Below, in pieces: positions 10,146 to 13,527 of a stretch of DNA of 13,527 bases. The notes beneath the pieces are model-generated. The model ran no database searches. It was not told where the DNA came from and worked only from the letters and a program-made list of their open reading frames with translations. Within the stretch, counting starts at the first letter, position 1. The number at the start of each line of letters is the position of its first letter. The stretch comes from Octopus sinensis. Lineage: Eukaryota. The position numbers were made by a program, and so were the translations under genes. The stretch covers positions 1 to 13,527 of the forward strand of contig NW_021826127.1 of NCBI RefSeq assembly GCF_006345805.1. The letters are read 5' to 3'.

Positions 10146-10676
10146 GAACTGCCTGAGAAAGCTGTTGAAAATTGGCGGGCAAGACAAGGTCCCAGACACG
10201 AAGGTCCTCGCCCGAACTGATCTGCCAAACATTTACTCATTGCTGAGGAGAGCACAGGTCAGCTGGGCAGGCCACTTGCTCGAATGCCTGACACACGACT
10301 CCCCACGAGACTGTTTTACAGCGAACTGGCAAAGGGCAAGTGCACACAAGGCGGACAGAAAAAGCGCTTCAAGAAAACACTCAGAGGTCACTGAAGTACT
10401 TTGCGATCAACCACGACACTTGGGAAATACAAGCACAGGGCCGCCCTGCCTGGCGAAGCTGCACCAACAGAGCTACCACCTCCTACGAACAGAACAGGAT
10501 TCTATGAACTGAGCAAGTCCATAACTAACTCCTTGCCTTTGGTCCAAGTTGACCACCACTGTGGCAGAACCTTCCGCACATGCATCGGATTAATCGGCCA
10601 CTGCCGGACACACTGTGACCCATCTTATTCTGCCATGGAATGTCCCTGGTCATCGTCGACAACGACGGACGAACAT
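10146..10676 (+). mobile_element. 5'-truncated RTE-clade LINE 3' end (post-RT domain, C2H2-like finger, 3' UTR); frameshifted
   Basis: CLRKLLKI.QDKVPDTKVLARTDLPNIYSLLRRAQVSWAGH, then in another frame RMPDTRLPTRLFYSELAKGKCTQGGQKKRFK, then HCGRTFRTCIGLIGHCRTH. It ends with tggtcatcgtcgacaacgacggacgaaca and a (ttg/tta) tract. Confidence 0.9.
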
Positions 10677-10800
10677 TGTTATTGTTATTATTATGTTGTT
10701 TGCTTTCAATCTGTATGTTTGTTGCAATCCCTTACCGAGACAAACCCAGCGCCCTTGGCCAAGTAAAGGTTAAGAGATGTTAGAATATAACTGAAAGCTT

Positions 10801-10836
10801 AGGGAGAGTAAGTGGCAGGGAGAGTAAGTGGCAGGG
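10801..10836. repeat. 16-bp tandem duplication (agggagagtaagtggc)x2 plus a partial unit
   Basis: Seen directly. Confidence 0.9.
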
Positions 10837-10855
10837 GCAGTAGCGAAATGTTATA

Positions 10856-11456
10856 GTATTGTTGTTGTTGTTATTATTTTTATATGTTTGACTTTTGCTT
10901 TGCATTTGTACAAGTTGGCTCCAAGTCTCACCCAGAGACCTCAAGAGACAAGTTAGAAGTTCATGTTGGTGTTATGCCTAGAGTGCCATATATTTGGTTT
11001 TGTACATAGTGTTATTGTAGAGAATGTTTAAAAAACCATCAGAAATTATGAGTTTGTTTTAAAATTTGAGATTACACAGACATTATTTTACGTTGGATAT
11101 GGGCAGTTCGCATGAGCACTATCTTTTGAATTTCTGCCATTTTGGGGTTTCTTGGTATATGAGCTAGGTAGCAATCAGCCCCTTTCGCTACCATTCCTAG
11201 AACACTCATAACAACAGGTATTGTTTTAGTCTTCAGGTTCCACATTTTGCTAATTTCTATTTCAAGACCTTTATACTTACTCAGTTTTCTGGTAGGTCTT
11301 GACAGATACGTTTATATCGATTGGGACAGTCGTATGAATGAGAAGGCATGATTTTCGTCTGAAGTCTTTCAATATGATGTCTGGCCTATTCGCATCTATC
11401 TTTCTGTCAGTTTGAATAGTGAAGTTCCAGAGGAGTGAGATGTAACCATTTTCATT
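10856..11456 (-). mobile_element. 3' end of an R4/Dong-like non-LTR element: restriction-like endonuclease domain (11456-11072), 3' UTR and simple-repeat tail
   Basis: Manual minus-strand translation: ENGYISLLWNFTIQTDRKIDANRPDIILKDFRRKSCLLIHTTVPIDINVSVKTYQK, +1 frameshift, LSKYKGLEIEISKMWNLKTKTIPVVMSVLGMVAKG...EIQKIVLMRTAHIQRKIMSV*. This fits the RPD..D..K-KY RLE motif. The tail is (TAA)(CAA)n. Confidence 0.92.
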
Positions 11457-11463
11457 GTTATTG

Positions 11464-11512
11464 AAGGCAGCGAGATGGTAGAATCGTTAGCACGCCGGGC
11501 AAAATGCTTAGC
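11464..11512 (+). mobile_element. 5' head fragment of Nin-like SINE family B
   Basis: aaggcagcgagatggtagaatcgttagcacgccgggcaaaatgctta matches the reverse complement of 6238-6284. Confidence 0.8.
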
Positions 11513-11606
11513 ACCATATCTTTAAGAGCATTTATGACGAAACAAGTGTAGGGATCGTGAAAACCTATTCTCGAATCTCATTTTGTGCAATACATGCTAT
11601 GGTTTT

Positions 11607-11769
11607 CAGGTCGGCTGTGTGGTAAGTAGCTTGCTTACCAACCACATGGTTCTGGGTTCATTCCCACTGCGTGGCACCTTGGGCAAGTGTCTTCTACTAT
11701 AGCTCGGGCCGACCAAAGCCTTGTGAGTGGATTTGGTAGACGAAAACTGAGAGAAGCCCGTCGCATATA

Positions 11770-11815
<46 letters not shown>

Positions 11816-12042
11816 ATATGTATGTATGTGTGTGTATATGTTTGTCCCCCAACATCGCTTGACAACCGATGGTGGTGTGTTTACATCCCCGTAACTTAGC
11901 GGTTCGGCAAAAGAGACCGATAGAATAAGTACTAGGCTTCCAAAGAATAAGTCCCGGGGTCGATTTGCCCGACTAAAGGCGGTGCTCCAGTATGGCCGCA
12001 GTCCAATGTCTGAAACAAGTAAAAGAGTAAAAATGTAAAGAG
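11607..12042 (+). mobile_element. tRNA-derived SINE family A, near full length, with internal (TA)n
   Basis: Direct copy of 3211-3602 that retains the A-box-like ggctgtgtggtaag head. Confidence 0.9.
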
Positions 12043-12629
12043 TTCTATACACTGGTTGTGTCACATACATTCTTTAAATGAAATCACGGGCTGTCATTAT
12101 CGCCACATTCGCTTTCTATCGAATTTACTTTCATTTTTTTAGCACAATTTACTTCCACTTTTCCACAGTATGTTAACTAAAGGACGTGAAAGTTATCACT
12201 AGATGGCGCTTAGTACATGTCACTTCGCCTTCTCCCCCTCCCCACACACACACACACATATACACATTCCCTCCCCCTACAAAAAGAAGGTGAAGTGGAC
12301 TCACCCATTTCCTTTGTCAATGATATTTTTTTCATGTTACCCTGCCATTTGTTCTAATCTGAACTCCTTTCTTGTAAATTCTTGTTGTTGCTGTTGCAGT
12401 TGTTCTCAGTCTTTGCTAATATACTTCTCTGTTCCTCTCTCTCTCTCTCTCTCTCCCTTTCCTTTCTCTTTCTCTTTCTGTCCCTCTCTTTTCTTTTCTT
12501 GTCTCCCTCTCCAACCACCGACAAACCCATATCAGTTTCATGTTACATGTTCAACAGCACGTCGTCCCGTGAAATACCAAGCTCGGTGTTTTTTCCTTCC
12601 CATGTCCTGTTTCGTAACGACCGAATGAT

Positions 12630-12754
12630 TATATAAAGTACACACATACATACATATGCATATATATTTGTATTATGTATATATATGCATGTATATATTA
12701 TATATACATGCATATATATAATATATATATATATATACATGATACATACGTAAT

Positions 12755-12792
<38 letters not shown>

Positions 12793-13006
12793 ATATATAT
12801 ATATATATATATACATATATATATAATCTAAAATAATTTTATAAAAAAACATTTCATTTTTTATAAAATTATTTTAGCATTTTCTACACCTTGACTTTTA
12901 TTTTTCCATATATATCAACTCGTGTGTTCCTTTTCAACTTCTACACACACACACACACACACACACAACACTATATATACCTATATATATACCTTATATA
13001 TATATA

Positions 13007-13047
<41 letters not shown>

Positions 13048-13056
13048 CTATATATG
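12630..13056. repeat. AT-rich (TA)n/(CA)n low-complexity tract
   Basis: Seen directly. Confidence 0.88.
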
Positions 13057-13527
13057 CACGCGCACGACACAGCTTTTCTTTCGTCACACACGCCCCGCAT
13101 TCGCAATACAAAAACCCCTTTTTCTCTGCTGCTCGTCCCCTTCTGTCTTCTTTATATTTCTCAAGACATTAACCTTCACTAATAAAAAAAAAAGAACCTG
13201 TGACTCGACTGAATTCCGGTCGCAGCAAGGAATTGGTGAAGCTACGACACCATCGACATTGCACCACCCAAAAGTAATTGTACGTGTTAAGAAGTGCAAG
13301 TGCGCGAGTATATGCTTATGCATACATATATATGTTTATATATGTAGACCTAATAACTGTTTATAAAAACATATAAAGTATCCATCCCTTGTTATTCCAA
13401 ATTACGGAATCTCTTGGCAAACAGCTGCAGGCAAATAACGACAGGCATTATGACAGAACGAAGAGAAACAGAGTTTTTGGAGCGAGGTACTTTTCGAAAA
13501 GTCACCTGACGAGACACATCTACACTG

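Noticed and set aside
9434-10147. Longest ORF (237 aa), His/Arg/Cys-rich
   Set aside because: It is built from (TG)n, (TA)n and (CAT/CGT)n repeats and stays open because those repeats lack stops.
10801-10836. Short direct repeats as a CRISPR-like array
   Set aside because: Two adjacent units with no spacers in a eukaryotic context; a simple tandem duplication.
318-13323. Numerous ORFs rich in poly-Y/I/N/L/V/H, CV, YI or HT repeats
   Set aside because: They are translations of microsatellites with no domain content.
13486-13527. Peptide YFSKSHLTRHIYT resembling a C2H2 finger helix
   Set aside because: No upstream CxxC in frame and no second His visible.

Overview
Eukaryotic, non-genic (intergenic or intronic) DNA made mostly of microsatellites and decayed retrotransposons. 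The SINE families and the microsatellite density resemble coleoid cephalopod (Octopus-like) genomes; this host assignment is inference from recalled repeat sequences, not a database search. I can support no intact host protein-coding gene, and most ORFs in the track are translations of simple repeats. Supported content: a ~340 bp long inverted repeat (~505-846 / 2258-2596), a degenerate tRNA-Arg(CCT)-like sequence, several tRNA-derived SINE copies from at least three families, a frameshifted R4/Dong-like RT fragment (+), an R4/Dong-like restriction-like endonuclease 3' end (-) that the ORF track misses, and an RTE-clade LINE 3' end with a C2H2-like finger. I found no convincing novel biological system. 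The inverted repeat is the least explained structure.
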